64,000 nucleotides of DNA, taken from Octopus vulgaris. Lineage: Eukaryota. Made by a program: the position numbers and the translations under genes. Positions 8,790 through 22,600 of the stretch are shown here, in pieces. The DNA is taken from contig OX597826.1 of assembly GCA_951406725.2 (NCBI GenBank), positions 72,230,001-72,294,000 on the forward strand, in the 5' to 3' direction. Within the stretch, counting starts at the first letter, position 1. Every line of letters starts with the position of its first letter. The notes under the pieces are model-generated. The model was not told where the DNA came from, ran no database searches, and worked only from the letters and a program-made list of their open reading frames with translations.

Positions 8790-11206
8790 GTAAGTTGTAA
8801 TTTGTTACTCCGACGGAGATAAGTTTAGCGTAAATCGTATGCAAATTAGGTCACTGCCTTCCTCCACCTCTCTGGCAAGTGGCAAAATTGGATGTCGTGC
8901 TTTTTTTTTTAATTTTATTTTGCTTTTTTTACTTTATATTTCACATCAGAATGGGCAGAACCTTTTTTTTTTTTTTGATTTTCCTACCCTTAAATACTCT
9001 CTTTTTTATTTACACCTTTTACACTCGAAGCCTTTAATAATTCTATCATTTTAGGCCCCCGAAAATCGTGTGGAATTTGGCGGTGTTTATTTTTCTTCGT
9101 TTCTCTCACTAGTTTTTCCGTCTCTGCCAGGGAGGGTCTGACTCTGTAGTTTTCTAACACAAAAATATACCTTCTGCTCTTTTCCTTTTCGTTTCGAATG
9201 TTTCCCTTTAAACTGGCTTTATGTGGATCTATTTCATAAAGCGATCGATGCTTTTCCCTGTCTATTTATCTCTACTCTTATCTCGGCAGTCAGTTCTAGC
9301 CACTTCAGGCCATTGTCAGATCTAGATAGACTTATATATATAAACATATTATCCGAGTGATTATTTCCTTCTTTATCATGGGACATCCTGAACTGTCTCT
9401 ACCCATCGAACTGGCGCCTAATCTGTCATACCACGCACACCAACTTCTCCCTACTTTCTAACATCATACCCACACACTTCAGATGGGCAGAAATAAACAG
9501 CCAAGATCCCCTAAACCTAGATTTATTACCATTCTCTACATATATCTTCCCTCTTTTCAATTTATATAAATTTAATTAGGAAAAATACGCAGTTTTTCCT
9601 CCGTCCATTTAGCGCTGCAGATTGATTAAGCTGCTTGGTGAAAGGGCTCATACATGGAACCCTGTAGAATAAAGGGGTTCTCTTGTGATTAAACACATGT
9701 AACTTGTATAAACACAACTTTACTTCCTCTTAATTAATATATACAATGGCTGTTTATTGCCTCCGTTCTCTGATTAGACATTCATTAATTCTCCTTTTCG
9801 CGATATTCAGTTTTCTGCTGGAGATTTCCACGTGTAAATATTTATAATTAAGGGGGGACATAGTGGCGCGCACTCCCTAATATTTTTTCCCTCCCAACTT
9901 TCCAAGGCGGGTGGGACAGGGGAAGAAGTGCTTTATGTGGAGTTTTTTGCTGGTTGCTCGTATATTTTCAATCTCGTTTCTTCAACTCTGCCCCGATATT
10001 TTTTCTCACACACCTCTTTCGCTCTTTCTCCGCTTTTTTCATTACATTTCATGTTTAACAAACCCGATTCAACTTCTTCACCTTTCTTTAATACGATTTT
10101 TTTTTTTTATTTCCTGGATCTCTATCCACGATGATGATAGTTGCGTGTGTATATATAATATATATGTATATTTAATTTCCCGATCCTACATCGCTCCGTT
10201 TATTGTTGTGGTATGAGGTGTGATATTAACATTTATGTTTATTGTTTCGACGTAAGATTTCAGTTCTTGGGAAATATTCTTCCACCTGCATTGTAGAAGT
10301 CTTCAGGGAGGGCATGAATTTCACAACCCTGTCGCTTCCGAAAAATCCACGACTTGGTGTGTAAGTCAGTCGCTAATTCAACTTCCTCCTTAGTTGTAAT
10401 GTTGTTCTTTCCTCAACAGAGGAGCCCGCCTACTCTTCCACTGAACCTATTGTTGACATATATCGCGTGTTAGGCAGGGAAACATGGGTTCCCTCTTCTA
10501 CAATTTTTAGATTTTTTTTCTTCTTTTCATACCAAATCTCCATACAAAGTTACAATTCGGAATACATTTCTGCGATTAAATCTAACATTTATTTATGGAA
10601 GCATTTGATTGAGTGTGTGCGTGTATATGAAATAGTTTTTTTTTGTAATAAGCGTATAAGCATGTTAAATTCAAAGATGTTAATTCTAATCATTACTTCG
10701 CTTTATCTAATTAAGGCTTTTTGCTTTTTAGGCTGTTAACGGAATTTAATTATGTATATGAATGTGCTTATAGATTTGATGGGTGTCTATTTAATATATA
10801 CACTCACATTCAATACATCCCCCATCAAATCTATATACACATCCGGCATATACTGTTGGTAATAAACATTAGTTTGTTTTATGCATTTATGGTTACCTTT
10901 TTACTATTTAAAGCTCTTAATAAATTTTAGCTATAATTTCACAAGATGTCTTTTTTGGCAAACCCTTCTGATATTAGGTATATTAATGTGTCTCTTATTT
11001 TCGGAATAACTTTGCTATCCACACACTTACAAATCCGAGTTTTTGATAGCTGGATTTCACTGTGGGTTTCAGTGGAGGTTTCTCTCGCTATTGTTGATGC
11101 TTTTATAACACTGCACAACCATTGTCGTGTTTTGTCTCTTGACGAAATTGTTTTGGTTGTGTCGCCTATTCACACGTGGCTGGAACAATCTGAAAACTAT
11201 TATTTA

Positions 11207-11248
<42 letters not shown>

Positions 11249-11669
11249 AAACCCATTTAACTCTTGATATATTCTGTGTAAGTCGGACTATTTTATATCC
11301 GTATACATGTACATTTCTGTATTAAATGTATTTAATATTGCGTGTAAATCGACTTGCCTAACTTGCTCGTCCTTCCATTTACTCCTATAAATCCTTAAAA
11401 ATGTTTTAGCCCGAAGGCCGCGGCCATGCTGGGGCACCACCATATTATATGTATGTGTGGATAGCTGGGTTGTGGCGCTTATATAAGAGGGGCTCGTTTT
11501 CATTGAATGATTTTTAGCTCGAGATATATTCAACCATCATCTTATCTGAATACCTTATGAAAACAATTCGGATCTCTTAAACATTACCAATTACCGATCG
11601 CACGAACCTGAGCTGCCGAAGGATTAGCGGGGGGTAGCTTTTTCGTGTGTCTATCAATGGGTGTGTATG

Positions 11670-11692
11670 TATATGTATATATATATATATAT

Positions 11693-11755
<63 letters not shown>

Positions 11756-11756
11756 T
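11670..11756. repeat. (TA)n-(GATA)n compound microsatellite
   Basis: Direct reading. Confidence 0.95.
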
Positions 11757-14700
11757 AGTATGTGTGTGTGCGTGTAAGGAATGTTTAATTCGACTCTATC
11801 TAGTTTAGCCTGTTCTTGTGTTATTGTTAAAGCATCGGCGCTGGTCTTTCTGTAAAACAGCAGTCGTGAGAATTCCATTGCATTTTGGAATATTTGCTTT
11901 CCTATTGTTTTTGATGAGAGAGAGAGGGAATGCTTGTTCTGTTATAAATTATCGAATTACTTTGGCTGATTCTGATGGAGCTCGGGAAGCTGATATTTTA
12001 AACAACAATGCCGTGTGTGTGTGTGTGTGTGTATGCCTGCATGTATGTATAATATGCCTGTGTATATTTATTTATTTATTTATGTATATATGTGGTTGGG
12101 TTTTTGTATAAGGTGGGGTGGCGTTGAAAGGTGTTTTGTTATTCCTCTTTTGCACCCGCACGTAGATAGATAGATAAACATGTACTCTCTCTCTCGCAGA
12201 ACGAACCTAACACTATTCAGTTTGTGTATAATGTCAACATTTGGGATTTCTTTGTTTTGCGGCAACTCTTGCACAATGTGTGATTGATGGAACGGGAATA
12301 ACGGCACCGATCTCTTGTGTGAAAGGAAACCAACAAAAAATTTAAATGTATGAGAAAAAGGGGAGCTGGTGTTTAAAATGCAGAAAAATTAGAAGTGGGA
12401 ATATGGATAATAGCTCGCCAGTGATATTAATTAAGCAAGTCTATTCATTAACTTACCACCACCACCTCCACCCTCTTGCCCCTGCATTCTTTTCCTGTTT
12501 AAAATTCAGGCAAGAACTGCACAAGAATGTCTTTATCTTTAATAAGCGCCAATACAAAGTACGTTTTGTTGACTGTTGTTATTAACCAGCCCTTCGTTCT
12601 TCGACAACAATAGGGAGCTCTATGCGGTCGCTCGACCTGCTAGAAATAGTTGCCAAATCTCTCTGAAACCCTATTCTTCTACTATCTTATCTCTTTTTTC
12701 AAAAAGGCCTTTTGTGATGTTGTAAAATGCATCGTGCTTGGTCATGGCTTGAAATGCCATCGATGTCTCTCAATCAGGGCTGATCTGAGGCTCAACAACT
12801 CTGAATCGAAAGTTTCAATTAAAGATCATTAATTCGGTTAGTTACCATCGATTCCAGTCGTTTTTACACACACACCCACAAACACTCCAACTAATCGATT
12901 GCCCTCCCTGTTTCTTCAATCTTTAGGAATCCTTGATTTCTTGTGGAATCTTACTATATTCTGTTGTAGTTGTAAAGAATCGCATATTCTTATGGTGTGA
13001 CGAATACATTGAAGATATTATTTGGGGTATAATCTGGGTGTTGCTTAGCTCCACGTCAACGCTGGTCGAGTAAACCTATGGTCAGATGTGTTCCAATCGT
13101 GGTCTGTTTGCTACCGAGTCGAGTAACCCTTATAAATGCTTCCTCGTTCACTGGTGTACTGTATCGTTGTGTGATGTGGTACGGTGTTGTTTAATTAGTC
13201 CCAGATCGTTACCAATCCATCAGAGCTATGCTCAAAGACATTCCAATCATGACTAACCAACCTTTCTATTCAAATAGTATTTAAGATGACATTGTTTTTG
13301 AGACAGTTTGAGATTTTGCGGCTGATTCCTACAGGCCAAGTGACCACGTTGGTTCGTGGTATCTCGCCTGGCAAGTATTAGTGGTTCTTATCAGTGAAGC
13401 GTTATATAGCATAGTACTGGTCTCTGTTTATGGTTTATATACCTGTGTCTAGTTTGGAGCTACAGCTTTTTTTCAGTGCCCCTATGTTAGGTATATTTTT
13501 GTTTGCTTCGTTTTGCATTTGCCTGGTACCACTTTGGGGTGGACGTACGATCATCTGTGTGTGTGTAAGAGACTTGTGATAGACTGATGCTATTTTCAGA
13601 TCCTCTCCTATATTTCGAGTTCTCGAAATAATTGTCCAATGTATGTGATGTGTATAATATTAAGATTCTGTTGTAATTCCATTTGCCTTTACAATTTATA
13701 CCTAGAGAATGTGCATTTCTGTACAAATAAAATACGTATTGTTTAGTTTCAAGTTAGCTCTGATTGAATAGACTTCTGTTCAAAGGTGGCCTAAATATTA
13801 TTTTTTGGGGGGTTTTGTTTTCCCCCCGTCTACAACCAACTTGTTTACAATGTCCTTCCTTTGTTGAAGCGGTTTGGCTGCGATTTCTAACAGGCTGATC
13901 ATTGGTTTGAGATTTGATGAGTTCTCTTATGGTGTTTTTCACTTTGAATGGTAGATCTTGTTCCCAAGACTCAATCAAATGTTCTTTAACATATTTGTAC
14001 CTTGACCGGAGCTGATTTCACTTGGCTGCCATTTTTAAAACATTTTTTTTTTAAAGAAAATGATTATTTAAGATGAAATGCTTCACAAAGTTTGTTTACA
14101 TTTCACGTTTGTCTATAATTATTGTAAGTTTAATATCCAATCTGTTCCATTATCGTTATTGTAGGTTTAGTAAAGGGGGTGAGCTGGTAGAATAGTTACA
14201 ACATCATACAAAATGCCTTGCTGTGTTTGTTCCAGTTCTTTACATTTTCGGTTCATAGAGCTTGATAAAATAAAGTATTGGCCAAATTACTAGTCATTGG
14301 TATCAACAAACACCTCCCAAGCCTTGTGTCTTAAGTCGAAAACTGTTATTGGTTTTAATATCTAGTCTTTATTCTATTTTTCATTTAAGTCAGGACCTCT
14401 CTCGTTTAAACCTTTAAGTTAACCTATACCTATCAGTTATTCTTTATTACTTGTTTGGTGATCTCATTAAATTGTCTCTACCCATTGAGCAAAGCTTAAC
14501 CATTCTCTTGTCATATGTAGTTTCAGAAACAGTTGGGGTGCCACTATCTGTACCCTGCTCTTTTGTGCATCACTCCCATTGATATACTACACTTAGTTGA
14601 ACCCACGCCCATCCATACCCCCATTAGTTCCCATTTTTGTTATACATTGAAGTATAGGAAATAATTGAACAGATGTTTTCGTTGGTGCTTTGTTGTTGTT

Positions 14701-15926
14701 GTTGCTTAAATGTCCTGGTTTTATTCAATGATTCCTAACTAATTTTGTTCCTTTTAGACTCTTAATGTGACACACTTCAATGTTGTCGGGCTTTGTGTAA
14801 GACAGTAATCCAATTTCTTTCAGTAACCACAAACTTTTAAAACAAATCAAACTTGACCACTGCATGGTATCTTTTGTCCTTGTCTGTTGCTACATCACCC
14901 TTTAATATATTACATGCTAATCATTCTGGATGTAATTAACTTTTCTCTCATCCATCCTGAAGCTCGACCAACGCTGCCTGTCTTCTGGTAAGTGGAATAA
15001 GTAACGATGTACTTCAGAATGCTTATAGTTTCTGTAGACATTTCATCTTTGCTGTTGATTCAAGATTAGCTTTGTTGACTTCAGAACTAACATTTGTCAT
15101 TCCCTTTCTGGAATAACTAGCACTTCGTTGTGAAATAACTTCTCCCCAAAAGGGTGTGGACCAACTTTCCCCAAGGGGCACCTAACCGGTAGCTGCAAAT
15201 TAACATCTAAACACAGAAGCACATCGCGATTTAGAAGAATTGACTTAAAAAGTAGGTGGCCCTGAAACACCAAAAACGAAATACAGACTGAGTTGTTGTG
15301 GAATTCTGCTTTGGGCTTTGATCCCACTGTGCAGTAAGTACCTTGTGTAAGTATCTTCTGCAATAGCCTCAGAAGTAAGATGGAAACTGAGGGAGCTCTT
15401 TGACCTGAATGTTCTTGTTTTTGGGTGTCACACCATCACAGCCAATGTAATAGTCCATTCTTAACCAATGATATTTCTAAAGGTATGTTAGTTAAAAATA
15501 ATAAAAAAAACTGTTGTTTCATTGTTTTAATATGGCAGCTTGTTGTCTATATTGATAGATCTTTTTTCCATAGCTTATTATCTTTGCAACAGTGTCATTG
15601 AGCAAGTTTCTTTGTTTTTTTTTCATGATAATATTGGGTTTCCTAGACTAGGAAAGAGAGGTGATTTGGAAATGTGATGTTTGGTTTAAATTGTTACAAG
15701 TTTCTGGTTGGCAGAAAACAGTTACAAAAAAAGGTTCCAAGTAGATGTAGCTTTAAGTTAAGATAAAGGTGAGATGAAGTGAGGAAGAGAGAATGAAGAG
15801 GATATCAACAGGTATGAGTGGTATACAGTCAACTAATTCAAGAGAAACAGATCCTGTTGACCAAAACAGAAGACCTTATTAATGATGTCACTTGAACCAT
15901 CAACTTCCTTAATTTACATTGTTTAA

Positions 15927-16137
15927 CCCCTTTAACATTCAGATTACTCTGTAATGCTTATCTATCCTCATTGTTTTTAATTAATTATGCATAATCTCAT
16001 AGCTTTGAGGTTTCAGACAGTGTTTATTTTTAGAATGTCAATGTAGGGTACATGTGAGAGGGTAGATATGACCCTGTTTAAATATAAAAACCGGTAGAAT
16101 ACATTGGCTGGATGTGGTTGGTTTAAATGGTAAAGGG
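15927..16137. mobile_element. TTAA-flanked piggyBac-like MITE, family E1
   Basis: TTAA-CCC(C)TTT...AAAGGG-TTAA; reverse complement of the 32678-32896 copy. Confidence 0.75.
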
Positions 16138-16389
16138 TTAATATTGTACCCACACACCTGCACTCACATTTATAATTTGCATTTTTTTAAGTCAATCCAA
16201 GGATCTATTGAATGGAGAGGAGATGTGTCTCTTCTATGATAGTAGTGATTGTATATAAAAGGTAATAAGTCTTGTATGCAACATCGCTTCGGTTAACGTG
16301 TATTGAAGTTTGATAATGGAAAACAATGAACACCTTCCTCCTCTCCTACCTTACTTACAGTCTTTACAGGTGATATAATTGACTGGGTG

Positions 16390-16797
16390 TGGCGGCGAAC
16401 TGGCAGAATTGTTAGCACGCCGGGCGAAATGCGTAGCCGTATTTCGTCTGCCGGTACATTCTGAGTTCAAATTCTGCCGAGGTCGACTTTGCCTTTCATC
16501 CTTTCAGGGTCGATTAAATAAGTACCAGTTATATACTGGGGTCGATGTAATCAACTTAATCCGTGTGTCTGTCCTTGTTTGTCCTCTTTGTGTTTAGCCT
16601 CTTGTGGGTAGTAAAGAAATAGGTATTTTGTCTGCCGTTACATTCTGAGTTCAAATTCCGCTGAGGTCAACTTTGCCTTTCATTTTTTCGGGGTCGATTA
16701 AATAAGTACCAGTTATGCACTGGGGTCGATATAATCGACTTAATCTGTTTGTTTGTCCCCTCTGTGTTTAGCCCCTTGCGGGTAGTAAAGAAATATG
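16390..16797 (+). mobile_element. SINE family C with tandem duplication of its 3' ~180 bp
   Basis: tRNA-like head (tggcagaattgttagc, gagttcaaattc), core gactttgcctttcatcctttc..ggtcgattaaataagtaccag present twice. Confidence 0.85.
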
Positions 16798-17147
16798 TAT
16801 TAAACTACTGAATCAGAAATTCACCACAGTTGCTGTTTTGTTGTGTACTTTGGCCAGACACTGAATTTCACATGCTTCTGTTCACATTGCCCTCAGGAAT
16901 GGGCAGTAGATTTTTGAATGTCACCTCATATAGACAGATCTGTTGTTTGTCCAGTTCAAGATTATTTTCTCATCTAGTTCACATCATGAAAAGTTTAGGC
17001 TAAACTCCCACCACCGATACTAGGGATCCCAGAATATCTTCCTTTTAATTCACTCTTGTTTTCAAGTGTTGTCATATAAGTTGATAATTTCATAATATAT
17101 ATATATATATATCTTTCTCTTTTATCCAATCCCTCCCACTTTCTTAG

Positions 17148-17281
17148 ACAACCGGGACCAAGATTTTGCTCCTACTCGCGATATGATGAAACATGAAGGC
17201 TATGATGACGAACGAACACTAGAAGAAGAAGAAGCTATGAGTGGAGGCAGTTGTTCTAACGAGCTTGATGAACTTCAAAAG
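17148..17281 (+). CDS. MIER1: MIER1-like exon 3 (DNRDQDFAPTRDMMKHEGYDDERTLEEEEAMSGGSCSNELDELQK)
   Basis: Contains the MIER hallmark DDERTLEEEE; ttcttag acceptor, AAG|GTTGGT donor; phase 1 to 0. Confidence 0.95.
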
Positions 17282-17905
17282 GTTGGTTTGAATTTTACTT
17301 CTAGTCACTGTTGTCATTCTTTTTTCTCTACTTAATACCTTCTGTCCCCTCTAAATTCTAGCAATTTAAATGATACAAGAATAAAACAAGAAGCAAAGAC
17401 AGCATTTATTTGGAAATATTTTTTACTAATTGATTTTTATTTTTATTTATTTTTTTATTTAATCCTTCTCTTGTGTGTTTCATATTACCTTCTTATTTGG
17501 TATTATGATTTTTAAAGATATTTTTGTTTTGTTTTTAATTTTTTTTTTCTTTCTTTAATTTGTCTTAACTTCCTGTCCATTCTAGTTTCACTGGTTGTGT
17601 TATCTCTTCCATCCCTTTCACAATATCTGTACTGATTTCTTCTTCGCTAGTCATCACCACTTCCTTGGGAAGGCGGAGCTTCTCTTTCTTTCTCTCTCTC
17701 TCTCTCTCTCATACACATTCATTCATTCGTTCTTTCTTTCTTTCTTCTCTTCACACACACCAAGTAAAACAACAATTCAGTGAAGTTAGACAACATCCAG
17801 TTCTCTGTATTTACATGTCAGTTAAATTATATAATGACTGTAGATTGGTTGGTTCGGTTCATGCCTGTGTGAGTATGTGTACATACATGTGTGTGTGTGT
17901 GTATG

Positions 17906-17948
<43 letters not shown>

Positions 17949-18436
17949 GCACATTCACACACACGTAATGCAGAGCCAAATGTCATACTGTTTTATAGAG
18001 CATGCCTTCAGATAAATGTCTATCTTTTGATTTGTATTTTTGTTTGTTGGGGAGGGGTGGTTATTGACCTCTTCTTTTCGCTTGGAAATTTTGGGGTCGT
18101 GTGTGTCTGTGTGTGTATACATGTTCACATGTGCATGTTTTTGTATCGCAAGATAAATTTGGTTCTATCAATCGTGTAACAAAATATGGTCTCAGCCTCT
18201 ATAAAGTGCCAAACATCCACAGTTGGTTATCTCACTTTTTCTAATTTGTTCAACTGCTACTTGTGTATGCGTGTCGTGATCTTAATACATCCTTGCATTT
18301 CTTCAGTTCTTCAAATCCGCAATCAGCCATTTCCAGTTTTTAATATTTTATTGGAATTACCTAAGCTTATATGACTTGCTAGACATAATTACCATGTTGT
18401 ATGCTTAGAACAAGTCAGGTTTTAACTGCAACAGAT

Positions 18437-18807
18437 TGGAAGCACTCCGTCGGTTACGACGATGAGGGTTCCGGTTGATCCGAATCAACGGAACAGCCTG
18501 CTCGTGAAATTAACGTGTAAGTGGCTGAGCACTCCACAGACACGTGCACCCTTAACGTAGTTCTGGGGGATATTCAGCGTGACACAGAAAGTGACAAGGT
18601 CGGCCCCTTGAAATACAGGTACAACAGAAACAGGAAGTAAGAGTGAGAGAAAGTTGTGGTGAAAGAGTACAGCAGGGATCACCACCATCCCCTGCCGGAG
18701 CCTCGTGGAGCTTTAGGTGTTTTCGCTCAATAAACACTCACAACGCCCGGTCTGGGAATCGAAACCGCGAATCCGCTGCCCTAACCACTGGGCCATTGCG
18801 CCTCCAC
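18437..18807 (-). mobile_element. Full-length SINE, family D variant, with 13-bp target-site duplication
   Basis: AACTGCAACAGAT at 18424-18436 and 18808-18820; tRNA-like head on the - strand. Confidence 0.9.
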
Positions 18808-19439
18808 AACTGCAACAGATATTCCTACAGGCTCAGGAACAAAGGGGGAAGTGGGTCCAAGCACACCTGCTAACATTTAGGCAGTGAAAGGGAAAGTGCT
18901 TTGAACATCCTCCTGGAAAACTGGGTTTGCACTCCCTTAGCAAATTTCACTCCCCACACATACAGGCATTCCCCTTATTCAAAAGAAGTTTTTAATTCAA
19001 CAATGCATGTTGATACATTATATGATGCCTCTGTTTGCAAATAAACCGACTTGACCATTGAAGGTTAAGTCTTAGAGATGAATTAAGAAGAGCGGTGCTA
19101 GTGTTTTGTTACAATTTGTTAAGGCTGCACACCTGTGTACCACATGCACACACATGAAGCAGGATCTATGTAAAATGTAAGAATGTTTCATAGATACACT
19201 AGGAATACATTGTTGTTGCTTAACCCCAGGCCTGTAATCAAAGTTGTTCCAGCCTTGACCATCAAGTCTTTTCAGATGTGGCTCATTTAAGTCTTCGTTG
19301 TTGAATATGTCTGTCCATTTTTAAGATGGTAGGATGTGATTTGAGGGTGATTTGGCCACTGTTTTTAGCAGGTTTAGTGACCACATTGAGAATTCTTTGT
19401 TGGATCATGTAACATCAGTTAATATATTTAGTGTATGTT

Positions 19440-19620
19440 AAGGCAATGAACTGGCAGAATCATTAGAATGTCAGGCAAAATGCTTAGCAGCATTTCATTC
19501 AGCTTTGTTCTGAGTTCAAATTTCACCAAGATCCACTTTGCCTTTCAACCTTTCAGAGTCGATAAAATAAGTACCAGTTAAGCACTGGGGTTGATGTAAT
19601 CTGCTAGCCCCTCCCACAAA
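19440..19620 (+). mobile_element. SINE family C copy
   Basis: Same head and core as 16390. Confidence 0.75.
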
Positions 19621-22600
19621 ATGTAATATACCAGAAGTACTGGTTAGATCACCATAACACTTGGAACTGTATTAGTTTATCACCTACTGATTGAAGACAA
19701 GAAGAGATGTAGGGCTGTATTTACATCTCCACAAAACTTTTATTTTGTGTCTTTATGCTACTATCTTTTATATCTGAATTATGTTTGATTAAGCCTTTAT
19801 TCTGATGTGTCTTAACTGTTCACAGAAGAATGATTAAACATTGCTCACAGCTTGGTTTACCTAAAATTACTACCAGACACAACATATATATATATTCCTC
19901 AGTCAAATCATCCAACCCATGCTAGCATGGAAAGCGGACGTTAAATAACGAGATATATATATATATATATATATATGATATATAGATACATCTGTGTGTG
20001 TGTGTGTATGAGATAGTTTGGGTCAGTTTAAAACATTGATCTCCAGTCTTCAACATTTCAACATGCACCAGAGTTGTATGTGATGGGGAAGTGTGACAAA
20101 CCAAAGGATATGGTGTTGTGCTTCATGAAATCAAATCCATTTCAGCTATTTCCCTGTTCCTGATCAAACTCACAAAAAATCTACATTGTTTTCTTTGTGT
20201 AGTGATTTAGGAATCAGTATGAAAGTCTTCTTTGATTGTTGGCTGTAATAAGCTGGTGTCCTATCTAAAGAAGGATTCATTTCTGATCTACTCAATATTG
20301 TCGAGTCCCACTTGCACAAAGTACTCGTCTTTATCACGTCATCATATGACTGACCAACTATCAGTTGTTACACATCGCTGGTCACAATATGCTTTGCGTC
20401 ATTTTAGTCTTTGATTGACTCCACCCTGCTGGCTAGGTGTGCTGGAGCAACATGAAATGAAGTGTTTTGCTCAAGAACACGTGTCACCCAGTCTGGGGAT
20501 CAAACACACAGTCTAGTGATTGTGAGTGTGACTCCCTAATCACTAGGCCCCATGCCTTCACATGTTTTTATACATTCTAGAAATCTCTGTTGCATCTCCA
20601 TCACTAATACTCTTTAGAAAAGCATGTCAAATTTGATTATTGTTTCTTTTTTTAACTATGGTGTATGTCTGTGTCTAGAAGCCTGTCTGCATGATAGATT
20701 TAGTGCCCACACTGTCACTGTAAACATTTAAAGTTTTTTAAACTTTATTAATATTCATTTTTAGTTGATTTTCTTTTTGTCTTGATTGTAATAAACCTTA
20801 TTAACCCTTAATCACTGGTATGGTACATGTGAAGTCATTAATCTAATCTATTTTTCTTTGACAACTGACTCTTGATATGTAAGCATTTTATTTTGGGTTT
20901 CTTTTTTTTTTATGATTTAAAGCTTTATTTATAAATGTGTGTGGTATGTGTGTATTTCATTTAATTAATTAACTTGTCATAAATGATAGAGAAACCAGAA
21001 GTATGTTGGATTGTTATTAAACTAAATACCCCTCCCCCTTGTCCCTTCTTGGATTCATTCTGTATTGTTCTACACACAGAAACATACAGGCAGCTGTGGT
21101 GTTATATTAAATTTAGGGTACACATGACACAAACATTTTAAGGTAACAAGCACTATCATGATCTTAACATTCAAGTATGAGTAAGATATTATAGCATTGT
21201 ATATATTTCCAGATAAATTGCATATAAATATGTGTAATTTAAACATCTATTGAATGCAACACATTTTGATTGATCTAATCTAAGGCATAATCCCCGCCCA
21301 AAGTGCTCAATAAATGGTTAACAGTAAGGTAAGATATTTAGGGCGATGACATTAGTTGACCTGATAAATATGGAACTGAGTCAGAAAACACAGGTGAAAA
21401 TAGCTATTTGAGGCAGAGCCTGATTCTGCTGGCTCAAACTGAAATCCCAGCTTCAACAAACAAGAGGGTGATGAGAGCATAATACATTGCAAACCCAAAC
21501 AGGGCCTTTGATTAGCTTTGTTTTGAATGAATTGAGGCTTAAAAACAGATGGAAAATCCTGTAGGATTTGCTACTCTTTGTGTTATGGTAAAAAAAAATA
21601 CCTCCTAAAACAGCAGCTGACACAAGAGTCACACCTGTTGTAGTGGGAGGAGGAGGAAAATCATCACACCTGTTTTGTTATGTATTTCAACAGAAAATTT
21701 TAATTCTACACAGATCTATCTGCTGCCAATGGATACAAGATCTTGGATGGATTGGCACCCAATCCAGTAGATGTATGTTTGATCTCATCTACATTATAAT
21801 GCAAAACTGCTTGAAATGGTCAATTGTCTGATTTGTGTTCTGTCAATTTATTTTCTAGACCAAACCCACCACCCCATCCTCTTTATTGCAATGATTAGTG
21901 TTCACAATTTAATGATAAATGAACTTTTTTTTTTTAAAGTAAATATTCTCTTATCACTAAAATTAGTTCAGATCTTGTTCATTTCTAGGATCAGGTGACT
22001 ATCCTATAGAAATTTTGATTATAATTCTTTTATTCCACCTGCCACACTTTACCCAATGTCGCATACTGCCACCCTGGAAACTGCTATAATTTGAGATGAT
22101 ATTTGGTTTCAAATAGAAATTTCTGAACCCTTGAGTTATATTATAAATTTAGCTGAATACTGACAAGTAACTCTAACAAAACTGTTATAGTTTGCTTACT
22201 GGATAACACTCAGCACAGTTGATTTAATTAGACATTTAACAGTAACACATTCACACCACACAGTTAACTGGCTGTTTGACGATAACACACCAACACCATT
22301 TTGTTTACTAATAGGATGTTTGATGGTAACACACCTATTACTTAACTCACTAACTGGATGTTTGACAGCAATACATCTAATGTACCAGTTGTTAGTGGAT
22401 TTTAGTCATAGCTAGGTTCACACGTCACAATCTGCTGGGAAGTTTTGTATGAGATGTAGTGTGGCAGTCCGGATGTGTTGTGGAGAACTTTAACTACATC
22501 TAGGGAAAAAAGGCTTCGCAACTGATTAAAATGAAGTCTCCCAATCACTCTGACCTGCAAGTGTGCTGCCTCCTCTCTCTGTATCTCTCTCTTCTCTACC

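Noticed and set aside
10314-10480. Possible alternative MIER exons: ATG 10314 to GTAAGT 10361, and acceptor at 10419
   Set aside because: The first ends in phase 2, incompatible with exon 3 (phase 1); the second has no convincing donor
13487-13978. Two adjacent - strand ORFs of 79 and 74 aa
   Set aside because: No recognisable domain or splice structure; possibly an old transposon remnant I cannot assign
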